Positions 32,212 through 43,196 of a stretch of 64,000 nucleotides of DNA are shown here, in pieces. The DNA comes from Candidatus Latescibacterota bacterium (GTDB lineage Bacteria; Latescibacterota; CBDEFO01), in assembly GCA_965237525.1 (NCBI GenBank), contig CBDEFO010000004.1:96001-160000 (forward strand), in the 5' to 3' direction. The notes beneath the pieces were generated by a model that saw nothing but the letters and a program-made list of their open reading frames with translations, was not told the DNA's origin and did no database searches. Every line of letters begins with the position of its first letter. The first letter of the stretch is position 1. Both the position numbers and the translations under genes were made by a program.

Positions 32212-33300
32212 ATGGGAGAAATACGGGGCACAAAACCGGGCATTATCCGCTCAGATCGGCCATTGATCGACTGCGACATCCACAATGAGCTGCCCTCCCT
32301 GAAAACGCTCGTTCCGTACCTGCCGGACCACTGGTGCGACTACATCAACACCTCTGGCTTTATGGGTCCTGATGCAAACGACTATCCGAGGGGAGTGCCG
32401 ACCTCAGCTCGACCCGATACTGCACCGCCTTCGGGTGATCCTCCGGGGTCGGACCTTGCAATGCTGCGTGAGCAGGTGCTGGAAGCCTGGGAAGTAGATT
32501 ACGGCATCCTTACCTGCGCTTATCGAGTGCAGAGTGTACACAATGAAGACCTTGCGGCGGCACTGGCCTCTGCGTTGAACACCTGGCAGATCGAGGAGTG
32601 GCTGGAGCCGGAGCCACGGTTGCGAGCCTCACTCGTTGTACCGAGTCAGAATCCGAAGCTGGCAGCTCACGAAATCGAGCGTCTTGGAGACCATCCGGGA
32701 TTTGTCCAGGTGATGCTGCCGGTACGCTCTCAGGCTCCTTATGGGAATCGGCGCTATGACCCGATCTACGAAGTCGCCGTGCACCACGACCTTGTGATTG
32801 GAATCCATTTTGGTGGAGCTCCCGGTCATCCCCCTACGCCGGCTGGTTGGCCTTCGACTTATCTGGAGGAATACGCCGGTATGGCACAAGTTTTCCAGTC
32901 GCAGGTCATAAGCCTGGTCGTGGAAGGCGTTTTTGACCGGTTTCCGACCCTGAGGGTGGCGCTTATCGAAGGGGGCTTTACCTGGATGCCGTCGCTAATG
33001 TGGCGACTTGATAAGGAGTGGAAAGGGCTCCGAAGTGATACACCGTGGGTCAAACGGCCCCCATCAGAGTATATTCGTGAGCATATCCGTTTGACGATTC
33101 AGCCAGTTGATGAGCCTTCGGATCCCAAGCATCTGCTTCAGATTATTGACCAGCTCGATTCAGAGGAACTTCTGATGTTTTCAACGGACTACCCACACTG
33201 GCACTTTGATATCCCCGAGGAGGCTTTTCCGGTAGCGCTACCGGAGAGGCTTGCACATAAGATTCTGTCCGAAAATGCCCGTGCATTTTACCGGCTTTGA
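32212..33300 (+). CDS. Amidohydrolase_2-fold protein (AibH1-like subunit)
   Basis: IDCDIH, IGIHFGG, IEGGF and STDYPHWH motifs. Confidence 0.85.
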   Translation: MGEIRGTKPGIIRSDRPLIDCDIHNELPSLKTLVPYLPDHWCDYINTSGFMGPDANDYPRGVPTSARPDTAPPSGDPPGSDLAMLREQVLEAWEVDYGILTCAYRVQSVHNEDLAAALASALNTWQIEEWLEPEPRLRASLVVPSQNPKLAAHEIERLGDHPGFVQVMLPVRSQAPYGNRRYDPIYEVAVHHDLVIGIHFGGAPGHPPTPAGWPSTYLEEYAGMAQVFQSQVISLVVEGVFDRFPTLRVALIEGGFTWMPSLMWRLDKEWKGLRSDTPWVKRPPSEYIREHIRLTIQPVDEPSDPKHLLQIIDQLDSEELLMFSTDYPHWHFDIPEEAFPVALPERLAHKILSENARAFYRL

Positions 33301-33364
33301 GTCTGATATAGTTGACTGTGTAGACAAGAGCTTATACAAACCAACGAGCAACGAGGAAAGAAAG

Positions 33365-34462
33365 ATGGAAAGTACATTAGTTGCCGGGGAAAAGAAAAAG
33401 AAACCGAGGCCAAAACAAGTGGCCCTCATCGACTGTGATATTCATAATGCCCTGCCCTCGGAGGAGGTGCTGCACAAATACCTGCCCGACCGCTGGCGCA
33501 AGTATCACCAGATGGTGGGAATGCGCAGCTATTATGGTTCGTACTATCCGCGGATCGTCCCTAACGCTGCAAGGCGCGACGCCTGGCCTCCGTCTGGTCT
33601 CCCACCGGGTTCGGACCTCAGCTTTATGCAGGAACAGTTGCTCGATGCCTGGGACATTGAATACGGTATTCTGAACTGTCTGTCTGGTGTGGGTGGACAG
33701 CTTAACCTAGAATACGGTGCGGCTCTAGCACAGGCGATTAACGACTGGCAGGTCGAGGAGTGGCTCGCAAAGGAACCGCGGCTGCGGGCCTCGATCGCCG
33801 TTCCATACGAAGATGGAGAGTTGGCTGCTGCTGAGATTGATCGGGTTGGAGATCATCCCGGCTTTGTGCAAATCTTGCTGGTTGTACGCACAAGTGAACC
33901 CTTGGGACGTCGTAAGTATTGGAAGCTATACGAAGCGGCCGTGCGCCACGACCTGCCGATTGGTATTCATTTCGGAGGCGCTGGTGGCGGTCCAATTACC
34001 GGAGCAGGTTGGCCCTCCCACTACATCGAGGACCATGGAGGAATGCCGCAATCCTTTCAGGCCCAAGTGATCAGCCTTGTTTGCGAAGGAACCTTTGAGC
34101 GCTTTCCCACCCTCAAAGTTGCCTTGATCGAAGGCGGCTTTGCCTGGATGCCACCGCTGATGTGGCGGCTCGACCAAAGCTGGCAGCGGCTCAGGGATGA
34201 GGTTCCGGACTTGCGGCGGCTGCCGTCCGAGTACATACGCGAACACTTCTGGAACAGCACCCAGCCGATGGAGGAGCCACCCAAACGACTGTACTTCGAA
34301 CAGCTCCTTGAACAGCTCAACGCAGATGACAAGCTTATGTTCGCAACCGACTATCCACATTGGGACTTTGACTCACCCAACCGGGCCATTCCAGTGGAAC
34401 TGGCGCCGAAACTGAAGCGAAAGATCATGGCTGAGAATGCCCGCGCGCTCTATCGGTTGTAA
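33365..34462 (+). CDS. Amidohydrolase_2-fold protein (AibH2-like subunit)
   Basis: IDCDIH, IEDH, STQPMEEP and ATDYPHWDFD motifs. Confidence 0.85.
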   Translation: MESTLVAGEKKKKPRPKQVALIDCDIHNALPSEEVLHKYLPDRWRKYHQMVGMRSYYGSYYPRIVPNAARRDAWPPSGLPPGSDLSFMQEQLLDAWDIEYGILNCLSGVGGQLNLEYGAALAQAINDWQVEEWLAKEPRLRASIAVPYEDGELAAAEIDRVGDHPGFVQILLVVRTSEPLGRRKYWKLYEAAVRHDLPIGIHFGGAGGGPITGAGWPSHYIEDHGGMPQSFQAQVISLVCEGTFERFPTLKVALIEGGFAWMPPLMWRLDQSWQRLRDEVPDLRRLPSEYIREHFWNSTQPMEEPPKRLYFEQLLEQLNADDKLMFATDYPHWDFDSPNRAIPVELAPKLKRKIMAENARALYRL

Positions 34463-34537
34463 AACTGAATCTTCTGCCATGCCTACTGGTCATGATGGAT
34501 AGGTAGATTCCAGCTCCAGCTGGCGAAAAGGACTCCT

Positions 34538-34981
34538 ATGGCAAAGTATATAGTTTCAACCCTGGACGAGATTCCGCCTGGTGAGCGCAAAATTGTCGAA
34601 GTTGAGGGGCGATCTGTCGGTGTTTTCAACATCGCCGGGGAGTTTTTTTCCCTTCGGAACCGGTGTCCTCACCAGGGAGGTCCGCTCTGCCAAGGCCGCC
34701 TTTTAGGCTTGCTCAAATCCAGAGTTCCTGGCGAGTACAGGTACACCTGTAAAGGTGAAATTCTTCGCTGTCCCTGGCACGGCTGGGAGTTTGATGTCAA
34801 GACGGGCCAGTCGTGGTGGAATCCCGCACGGATACGCGCCCGAAGCTACAAGGTGAGCGTAGAAACTGCTCCCAACGAAGATGCAGAAACAGCGATGCCT
34901 GGTTTGGAAAAGGGACCGTACACAGCTGAGACCTATCCCGTGTCCGTCAAGCAGCAACATGTGTTCGTTGAGATTCCCTAA
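34538..34981 (+). CDS. Rieske [2Fe-2S] ferredoxin
   Basis: CPHQG...CPWHGWEF. Confidence 0.95.
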   Translation: MAKYIVSTLDEIPPGERKIVEVEGRSVGVFNIAGEFFSLRNRCPHQGGPLCQGRLLGLLKSRVPGEYRYTCKGEILRCPWHGWEFDVKTGQSWWNPARIRARSYKVSVETAPNEDAETAMPGLEKGPYTAETYPVSVKQQHVFVEIP

Positions 34982-35064
34982 CGTCGATTATCCAGATGGC
35001 GGGGGAAGGTTAGGATAGATCGGATAGCGCCCCGAAGTTGAATGACGAGTCTCTTTACAAACAA

Positions 35065-35095
35065 CCAATCCCTGATAGAATCAATCGGGGATTGG
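35065..35095. repeat. Micro-palindrome (two substitutions, extended stem)
   Basis: CCAATCCCTGATAGAATCAATCGGGGATTGG. Confidence 0.75.
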
Positions 35096-35330
35096 CTTCA
35101 TAATTTCGAGTACTTTGAACAGGCTGAAAGGATTATATCCCAAAAGTATTATGTCCTAAAAGGATTATGTCCCAACGGATCGATCACTATAACAAGAAGC
35201 ACCGCCACTCATCCTTGGGATATAAGACCTCAGAAGCGTGGAGAAAACAATTTTATCTGCTACCCCAGGTTGCTTAATCGGTGTCGCTTTCCGGGGGAGC
35301 ACTACAATGTCAGTTTGGAGGATCGGAAGC

Positions 35331-36932
35331 ATGCTAACTGACGTGCCTCAAAACCATGTGATCGAGATTTCCTTTGCCTCGACTTCCAGGTATGACGATC
35401 CGTACAACGATGTCGAACTCGACGTGCTCGTCACGACGTCTGACGGCGGGCAGCTTCGCATACCGGCTTTCTGGGCAGGCGACAACGTCTGGAAGGCCCG
35501 GTTCGCCGGAAACCGCCTAGGTGACTACACCTTCGAGACGGAGGCGAAAGCCGCCACTGATAACGGTCTCCATGGACAGACAGGAACCTTCAGAGTTCAT
35601 CGGTACGAAGGCGACAACGCTTTGTTGCGCCACGGCAGATTGCGCGTAGCGGATGATCGGCGGCACTTCGAGCACGACGACGGAACGCCGTTCTTCTGGA
35701 CGGGTGATACCTGGTGGATGGGGCTGACGACTCGCCTCGACTGGCCCCAGGGTTTCAAAGAGCTCGCAGCAGATCGCCTGGCAAAAGGCTTTAACGTTAT
35801 CCAGATTATCGCCGGGCCGTATCCCGATATGGAGGCCTGGGATCCGAGAGGGCGAAACGAAGCGGGTTTTCCATTTGCGGATGATTTCGAAAGCGTAAAC
35901 CCATCCTATTACGACCACGCGGATTTGAAGATTGCACATCTTGTGGGCACGGGGCTGGTGCCATGTATCGTCGGCATGTGGGGCTATTATCTGCCCAGAA
36001 TCGGTGTGGAAAGGGTCAAGCGCTTTTGGCGCTACCTGGTCGCCCGTTATGGAGCCTACCCTGCAGTGTGGTGCATGTGCGGCGAAGGCATCATGCCTTA
36101 CTACCTTTCCGAAACGCCCGAAGCGGATGCCGCGCTGCAGAAGAGCGGTTGGACTGAGGTCATGGCCTATGTGCGCGATATCGATCCCTACCGAAATCTC
36201 ATCACCATTCACCCAAACCAGTCAGGGCGCGCACAGGTAGAAGACCCCAGCCTCATGGATTTCGAAATGCTTCAGAGCGGGCACAATGATTACGTGAGCG
36301 TCTCGCGGACGATCGACAACGTCACCGAATCGGTCGATGCCGAACCGGTTATGCCGGTCATAGATGCTGAAGTGAACTACGAGGGCATCTTAGGCCGGTG
36401 CTGGCAGAACATCCAGCGCCTCTGCTTCTATCATTCCGTCCTCCGCGGGGCTGCGGGCCATACATATGGCGCCAACGGCATCTGGCAGATGAACACGTGC
36501 GAAACACCGTATGGCCCGTCACCCCATGGTCGCTGCTGGGGAAACACGCCATGGCGCGAAGCGGCGCAACTGCCCGGTTCCCGCCAGGTCGGACTCGGTG
36601 GACAATTCATGCAAAGGTTTCCGTGGTGGGAGCTACAGTATCGGCGTGACTGGGTGTCGGATGAGGCACCGGAAGACGACCCGTATGGCGCCGTGGCCGT
36701 GGGCATTCCGGGGAAACTGAGAATTGTGTACATGCCTATGTGTTGGGATCCGTGCCCCATCATCGGCATCGAGGCCGACATAACCTATGAAGCTTATTAC
36801 TTCGACCCGTGCACCGGGGAGCATGTCGACATCGGCAGGGTGGAAGCTTCGGACGAGGGTGCATGGACGGCGCCGATACCACCGGAGTGCCACGACTGGC
36901 TGCTTGTGATGGAACGCACTGTAAGTGTCTGA
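35331..36932 (+). CDS. DUF5060/DUF4038 (apiosidase-like) glycoside hydrolase
   Basis: AFWAGDNVWKARF, DGTPFFWTGDTWW, YLVARYGA, QSGH, EVNYE and GHTYGANGIW motifs. Confidence 0.85.
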   Translation: MLTDVPQNHVIEISFASTSRYDDPYNDVELDVLVTTSDGGQLRIPAFWAGDNVWKARFAGNRLGDYTFETEAKAATDNGLHGQTGTFRVHRYEGDNALLRHGRLRVADDRRHFEHDDGTPFFWTGDTWWMGLTTRLDWPQGFKELAADRLAKGFNVIQIIAGPYPDMEAWDPRGRNEAGFPFADDFESVNPSYYDHADLKIAHLVGTGLVPCIVGMWGYYLPRIGVERVKRFWRYLVARYGAYPAVWCMCGEGIMPYYLSETPEADAALQKSGWTEVMAYVRDIDPYRNLITIHPNQSGRAQVEDPSLMDFEMLQSGHNDYVSVSRTIDNVTESVDAEPVMPVIDAEVNYEGILGRCWQNIQRLCFYHSVLRGAAGHTYGANGIWQMNTCETPYGPSPHGRCWGNTPWREAAQLPGSRQVGLGGQFMQRFPWWELQYRRDWVSDEAPEDDPYGAVAVGIPGKLRIVYMPMCWDPCPIIGIEADITYEAYYFDPCTGEHVDIGRVEASDEGAWTAPIPPECHDWLLVMERTVSV

Positions 36933-37883
36933 TGGACCAGCAAGCGGTGTGAAAAACGAATCCGCCATGGGGGAACTGCTCGCTCCGTTCGGGAACACTT
37001 AATACTTCCCGAACTGAAGGGAACGCTATGAAAACGACGGCAACACCGGAAGAGATCCAGGATTATCCATGCGAGGGTATCGTGGACGGCATTGTCGTCG
37101 ACTGGGACGGCGGCGGCGCAGCAAGGGCAGCTGCTACTGCAACGTCTGGTTCTCCAGGTTCATGAAGATCAAGGGCTTTAAGGTGGAGCTGCCGGAGAAG
37201 GCTAAGTGTTCCCAACTTCTCGAGGACTGGGGGCAGGTCAAGTCATACGAGGATAACTTCTACAAGCGTGGGGTCGAGGTGTTCACGCGTAATGCAAGAT
37301 ACTTACAGGTGGTCAGTACCGATTTACAGGAACTAAAATTCAAGAGCTAAGACTATAGAGATAATATAGATTATTGCAACTAAATTTTAGGATTGAAATC
37401 TTACCATAGAACGGATATTTTCGACCGTCTAACTGAGTTCTTATGAGTGAATGGAGAGGTGTCTCTAATTGGAGAATTTAAACACAAAGAAAGTGATAAA
37501 TCAGAGGAAAATCTTATTTTGATTAAAAAAAGTACTTGTTGAAAAATGTAAAATCGGAGATCACACGGGTCCGCGCCGAAGGAAGAGTTGGCCTCTTTCC
37601 CGTCTCCGGCGCGTGACGCTGAATGATGAATCACTTACGCCGATGCGAGAACCGCAACATGGCTAGTGTCAAGAATATCCAAATTGCAACTATACGGATA
37701 TACCTGTAATTGTAATTAACCTCACTTTGCTAGCCTGCCTGTAAGAGCCGGTAGTGGGGGGTGATATCTTGAACGTAGGCTACCGATTCTGCCAGAGCTC
37801 CAAACATGCAGACACTGCGGCTACCGCACTAACTTAACAGAAGCAATTTAAACAGGTTATGCCTGCTTAGGTAAGGCACAGAA

Positions 37884-38640
37884 ATGACGAGATCACTGTC
37901 GATTGTGGAGGAACTGCGTTGCATGTGGTCCGGTGCCTCCATCTGCGGGGAAGGACCACTCTGGGACATTCAGCAGCTAGCCCTCTACTGAGTGGACATT
38001 GACGGGTGTAAGGCCCACCGCTACCGTTTGGCGGACGGAGTGGTCAGCACTTGGGAGTTGCCGGAAAAGACAGGCTGGCTGCTGCCGCGCCAAGGCTGCA
38101 GCGATTTCGTCGCAGGCTGCAAGTCCGGAATATATTTTATTGACCTCGACACTGGATCACGGGAATTCGCCATCGATCCGGAACCGGACCTACCGGGCAA
38201 CCACATCAACGATGGCAAGTGTGACGTGGACGGTCGTATCTGGGCTGGTACTATGGATGACGACGAGGTGAATTCACGGGCTGGCTGTACCGCATTGACC
38301 CGGACCTCAGTCACAGCCGGTGGGATGGTCCCTACAGGGTAACCAACGGCCCGGCAATCTCCCCGGACGTCCTGACCGTCGACACCGAGGGCTACATCTG
38401 GCTTGCGCACTGGGGCGGCAGCCGGATCACGCGGTTTGCACCGGACGGCAGCGTGGACGGCATCCTCGAAAGCCGGTGCCGAAAATGACGAGCTGCGCCT
38501 TCGGCGGACCGGAAATGGACCTGCTTTTGATCACCACTCCGGTGTGCAACGTGGACCTCACCCAATACCCGCAGGCCGGCGGTCTTTTCTGCGTGAAAAC
38601 GCAAGTGGAAGGCCTGCCCTCTCCAGTCTTCAAAGGGTGA
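37884..38640 (+). pseudogene. SMP-30/gluconolactonase/LRE-family remnant
   Basis: GEGPLWD..LY*VDI, NDGKCDVDGRIWAGTM and TSCAFGG, with a stop and frameshifts. Confidence 0.85.
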
Positions 38641-38679
38641 AGGCCGCCTTTAGCGGTATAGAAAAAAGTTTCGATTGTG

Positions 38680-39484
38680 CTGAACACACGTGCTCTGTGC
38701 CGCTTTCGACAGAAGCTCTCAAAGGATGAGGCCGTGTACGGTCTATGGGTCGCTCGAGGCACCCAGCATCACTGAAATGGGCGTCGCACTTGGACTGCAT
38801 TGGATCGTCATCGATTCCGAACACGGACATCTTGACTGGGGAGACATCGTGGGCCACGTGCGGGCAGCGGTGCGAAGCAAGACGGTCATTTTAGTGCGCA
38901 TTGCAGCTGTCCGTGAGCCTCATCAGACGTGCCCTGGATATTGGTGCTGACTGTATAGCGGTTCCCTGGATCGAGACTGAAGATATGCTGCGCTAGGCAG
39001 TTGCGTACGCAAACTACCCGCCGCGTGGACGGCGCTGGATTGGCAGCGAACGGGCGACATGCTGGGGGCAGTCCGTCTCCGAACACGTTGCCGAAGCCGA
39101 CGAGCACGTAATGGTGGTGCCAATCGTTGAAAGCGTGGCCGCTCGTCGTAGCATCAACCAGATGCTTGAGTTGGACGGCGTCGACGTGTTCTTCTTTGGG
39201 CCCTCCGACTATTCATCTACAGCCGGGTATGCGGGGCAATGGGAGGGGCCACGCGTTGCACAGCACATCCTGCAGGCGAAGGAAGCCGGTGTGGCTATAG
39301 GAAAACACCGAGGTTTGCTGGCCACAAGCTACGAGAATCTTCACGAGCGTTACCAGCAGGGGTTCCGAATGCTCGGCCTCGGATATCGGACAGCGGCTTG
39401 CTGTTATGTAGCCTCCATAAGGCGCTGGACAGCGTAGGACGCGATTCAAAGTTGAGTCCCGGCCTTATGCCCGATGACGAATAA
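38680..39484 (+). pseudogene. HpcH/HpaI aldolase remnant
   Basis: WIVIDSEHG, R*AVAYANYPP and FFGPSDYS spread across frames. Confidence 0.85.
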
Positions 39485-39879
39485 CCCTTTGGGCCCTGCT
39501 CATAATGACTTGTTATTTGGGGAAGAGCATTGTGGCGAAAATTAGCCTGGACTATTCACAAAAACTGAATATTTTCTCATAAACAACTCTACTGTAACAA
39601 GTTATAGAAAAGTTTCGACGTTCTCGCAAAAGGCCCGATTGCTCAAGGCTAACGCTGAGCTAGAGCACGTACTAAGAAAAACTCCGGGAAATCGCAGCGT
39701 GAGCTTTACAACCACCACGGGGGCACTACAGCTTGCGATATACCGTAGCTAAATGAATCCATATGTACAGCGAAACACCTGTCGCGGGATCATGATCCTG
39801 GGAGATCGTCATATGGAACCCTCTCAAGCGGGCTTGTGTTCCCCCGCACCTGATACTCACTGATTCTATAGGAGCGAGT

Positions 39880-40932
39880 ATGCCACGAATCAAGTCTGAT
39901 GTGTTGAAGGATTTTACGGCCCGAATCTTCCGAGCTTATGGGCTGCGCCACGATGTCGCGGACATCGTGGCGGATTCACTCGTACTGGGTAACCTCAAAG
40001 GGCACGACTCGCACGGCGTAATCCGGGTCATGGAATATGTTGACTGGCTGGCCAAAGGCTGGCTTAACGCCGACGCCGAAATGAAGGTGGTCCGTGACGA
40101 CGGTGTGATCCTGATGATCGATGGCGATTTCGGATTTGGACAGGTGATCGGGCGGCAGGCGACGCGACTGGCAATTGACAAGGTGCGCCAGGAAGGGGTG
40201 TGCGTGATGACGATCCGCAGATCGGGACACCTCGGCCGGGTCGGTGAATTTATGGAAATGGCGGGTGACGCTGGGTTGCTGGCGTTTGGTTTCACGAACA
40301 CGCACGGCGGCGGCGTGCTGGCTGCGCCGTACGGCGGAAGAGAACGGCGGTTATCGGCCAACCCCATTCTTGGCGCGGCGCCGCGAGCCGATGGCGACCC
40401 GATCGTTATGGATATGGCGACGTGCTCCACGGCCGAGGGAAAGGTGAAGGTTGCCCGCGCGGCCGGCAAGCAGATACCCGAAGGCTATCTTGTCAACAGT
40501 GACGGGCATCCGTCGACAGATCCGGAGGATTATTACAGTGATCCACCGGGGGCGTTGCTGCCGATGGCGGGGCATAAAGGTTTTGCCCTGGCACTGATGT
40601 GCGACATTTTCGCCGGGGCTGTTAGCGGGGGTGAATGTAGCACGGAAGGTATTGCCCGCATAGCCAACACGCTTTTTGCAGTTTTTATTGACCCGGAGCG
40701 ATTCTGCGGCCGCGATTACTACTTCGAGCAGGTTGAACAGCTTGTTCGTTGGGTCAAGTCAAGCGAACTGATGGAGGGGTTCGACCGAATCATGGTTCCC
40801 GGTGAGCCAGAAGCGATTGCCGAGCAAGCCCGCAGTGCTGAAGGAATTCACATCGAGGATTCGACCTGGCAGAAGATCACGTCCGTCGCCGCCAGCAAGG
40901 GAATTGTTTACGATTTCGGTGCGGCTACGTAG
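39880..40932 (+). CDS. Ldh_2-family (malate/L-lactate/sulfolactate-type) oxidoreductase
   Basis: GHDSHG, HLGRVG, NP, DMAT, GHKG and VPGE motifs. Confidence 0.9.
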   Translation: MPRIKSDVLKDFTARIFRAYGLRHDVADIVADSLVLGNLKGHDSHGVIRVMEYVDWLAKGWLNADAEMKVVRDDGVILMIDGDFGFGQVIGRQATRLAIDKVRQEGVCVMTIRRSGHLGRVGEFMEMAGDAGLLAFGFTNTHGGGVLAAPYGGRERRLSANPILGAAPRADGDPIVMDMATCSTAEGKVKVARAAGKQIPEGYLVNSDGHPSTDPEDYYSDPPGALLPMAGHKGFALALMCDIFAGAVSGGECSTEGIARIANTLFAVFIDPERFCGRDYYFEQVEQLVRWVKSSELMEGFDRIMVPGEPEAIAEQARSAEGIHIEDSTWQKITSVAASKGIVYDFGAAT

Positions 40933-40968
40933 CATAAGATCAATGATCCTTTAGAAAAGGAAGCAACG

Positions 40969-41110
40969 ATGAACACTCTGTCTCTTTTTGATTTAAGCGG
41001 CAAGAAGGTGCTGATTACGGGTGCAGGAGTCGGAATCGGAAGAGGCTATGCGTTGGCTCAGGCAGGTGCCGGGGCTGATATCGCCATGATTGACGTCAAT
41101 GAGACGTCAG
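40969..41110 (+). pseudogene. Short-chain dehydrogenase N-terminal stub
   Basis: FDLSGKKVLITGAGVGIGRG, then truncated. Confidence 0.75.
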
Positions 41111-41176
41111 GCCGACGCTGCTCCGGCAGTTTCCGGCATATTCAGTAACCGGGATGGAATTCAGGATGGAAGCCTG

Positions 41177-42970
41177 ATGCCCAAGCAATCACAGCACCAA
41201 GACCTGTCACCACTGCCTCAATGGGATACAAGCTACCGCCTGCTCAAGCTGGGCGAGGATATCACGTTCCATTTTTCTTGTCCCGACACTGCCTACCCTG
41301 ATCATTTCGAGATCTTTCCGCGTTATCTAGAGGCGGCCGATCCGGGCGATGCGTTCGTGGCTGGTGGGGACCCTGACTGGCTCGACGAACTGGAAAAACA
41401 GCGGGTTGGACTGACTTTTAGCGGCGGGCGCGCCTCGGTCACTTACACACCGAAGGAGCCGGGTAGTTACATGGCCCGGTGGCGGGCCAGTGGCGAAACG
41501 TTTCATCGCTACTTTTCGGTCGTTGAGGACAACTGGATCGTGCTGCGATTCTCAGGCGGCTATGGCCCGGAGCCCGAGCCCAGCTTGCACGCCACCGGAA
41601 TCCCTCTGGATTATCGCTTACCGATTGAACAGTTCGACCCCAACGATCCGCTGTACCAGAAGTTACTCGGCTATCATCGGCACTACGGCGATTTGATTGT
41701 GCCAGTCCTGCCCGACACCCCAGATCTAAGTGAGGCCGAACGCGTGACCCTGTACGGCGACGGTCTGGCCAGGGTGCGCGAGCTGCTGCCGGATCCCGAT
41801 AGCGCCCGCTCCGTGCGCATCGAGATGATGCACGAATTTGATCCGGGCTATACCAATGCGCTTGAACAACTTGGCATCAACAATCACAGCGGACTGTGGC
41901 AGGCGAACGCCAGGCCGTGGCTGGGGATGCCTGAGTTTCCCTATTTCTGCTCGCCGATCGACTGCCGCAAGCCTAATCAGGGCCAGGGCGGCGCCGTCGT
42001 TGCCAACGCATGGGACTTCTGCGGCGGCTGGCATTTCATTGGACCCAACGCCTGGCATTACCGCGCCTCGAGAGGCCGCATCGAGGAGGCCGCCAAATGC
42101 CTGCGCCAGGGCATGCAGGAAGCCCAGATCCTGGCCGAGCTCAGCGGACATCCAGCCTTTCTCTATCCACTGTACGACGGTTTTGTCCCTCACGCGAAAC
42201 TTCGAATCCCGCCGGTCCAGAGCGAAGAAAAAACCAGCTTCGAATTCGGCCAGAGCTATCAACGGATGATGGCATTTGAGTTCCCTAAAGAGTTCAAGGT
42301 CGTCTACGCCCGCTCAATCGACGTGGCCGATTACTACAGCCGTCATTTTGAGATCACGCCGCGGACGATCTTTGTCAGCAAGACCGATCACGTGATGTAC
42401 GACACCTGGTGGCAGACCTCCTGGCACGATCAGCGGATGTTCGAGACGCGCGAGCGCATGCCCTGGAGCACGCGTATCTCCAGCATCATGCGCCAGCGAA
42501 AGTCGTATCCCAAAATCGAAGGCAAGCGCCTGGACGAGCAGCCGCCATTCAAGGACCCGCTTTCCTACGAATTCATTCTGATCGAAGATCAGAAACGATC
42601 AATCCGGTTTGAGCGAGAATGCCCCAATCCCATCTGGTGGTTCGATTACACCGGTCAGCAGCGCAGCCAAGAAGGTAGCGCCATTACGTGGACCGAAACG
42701 CCGGACGTCGAGATCCACCTGTCGCCGTGGTCGGGCAACGCAAATGAAAAGACCATCACACTGGAAATGGAAACCGACGCTCAGTTCGCGAATTACGCCA
42801 TCGCCCTGTGGGACCTGCCCGACGCGTTCGACCCGGACGGTCCGATCAAGACCAGCGCCGCCGAACAAATCTTGACCAGGAATACCGACGGCGAACACCA
42901 TCTGGTCCTGTTCTTCGACCTCAAACCGGGCGTGGTCCTGAACGTCACGATCCCGGTACGCAGCTCGTAG
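41177..42970 (+). CDS. Hypothetical protein (~600 aa)
   Basis: Long GC3-rich ORF; no family recognised; start uncertain. Confidence 0.75.
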   Translation: MPKQSQHQDLSPLPQWDTSYRLLKLGEDITFHFSCPDTAYPDHFEIFPRYLEAADPGDAFVAGGDPDWLDELEKQRVGLTFSGGRASVTYTPKEPGSYMARWRASGETFHRYFSVVEDNWIVLRFSGGYGPEPEPSLHATGIPLDYRLPIEQFDPNDPLYQKLLGYHRHYGDLIVPVLPDTPDLSEAERVTLYGDGLARVRELLPDPDSARSVRIEMMHEFDPGYTNALEQLGINNHSGLWQANARPWLGMPEFPYFCSPIDCRKPNQGQGGAVVANAWDFCGGWHFIGPNAWHYRASRGRIEEAAKCLRQGMQEAQILAELSGHPAFLYPLYDGFVPHAKLRIPPVQSEEKTSFEFGQSYQRMMAFEFPKEFKVVYARSIDVADYYSRHFEITPRTIFVSKTDHVMYDTWWQTSWHDQRMFETRERMPWSTRISSIMRQRKSYPKIEGKRLDEQPPFKDPLSYEFILIEDQKRSIRFERECPNPIWWFDYTGQQRSQEGSAITWTETPDVEIHLSPWSGNANEKTITLEMETDAQFANYAIALWDLPDAFDPDGPIKTSAAEQILTRNTDGEHHLVLFFDLKPGVVLNVTIPVRSS

Positions 42971-43196
42971 ACACCGGCAACAGTTGGACGCGTTTTTCAA
43001 GAGCACTGGTTCCCTCAAGACCTTAATGTCCGATGACAAATGATCGACTAACTCTTGAGATGCCAAAACGATCAGCTTTCCGCCCACCCGCGAAGCCATA
43101 ACATTCAGGCGATTCAGCGTCAAGGTCCAATCGTTCTGCCGGTGTCCTAGACTTAGAAGGCGAATACGTAGCGCACTCCAATAGCGCTAAAGCAAC

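Noticed and set aside
37029..37350. Short ORF fragments after the DUF4038 gene
   Set aside because: They appear to be fused remnants; no family can be supported from the sequence
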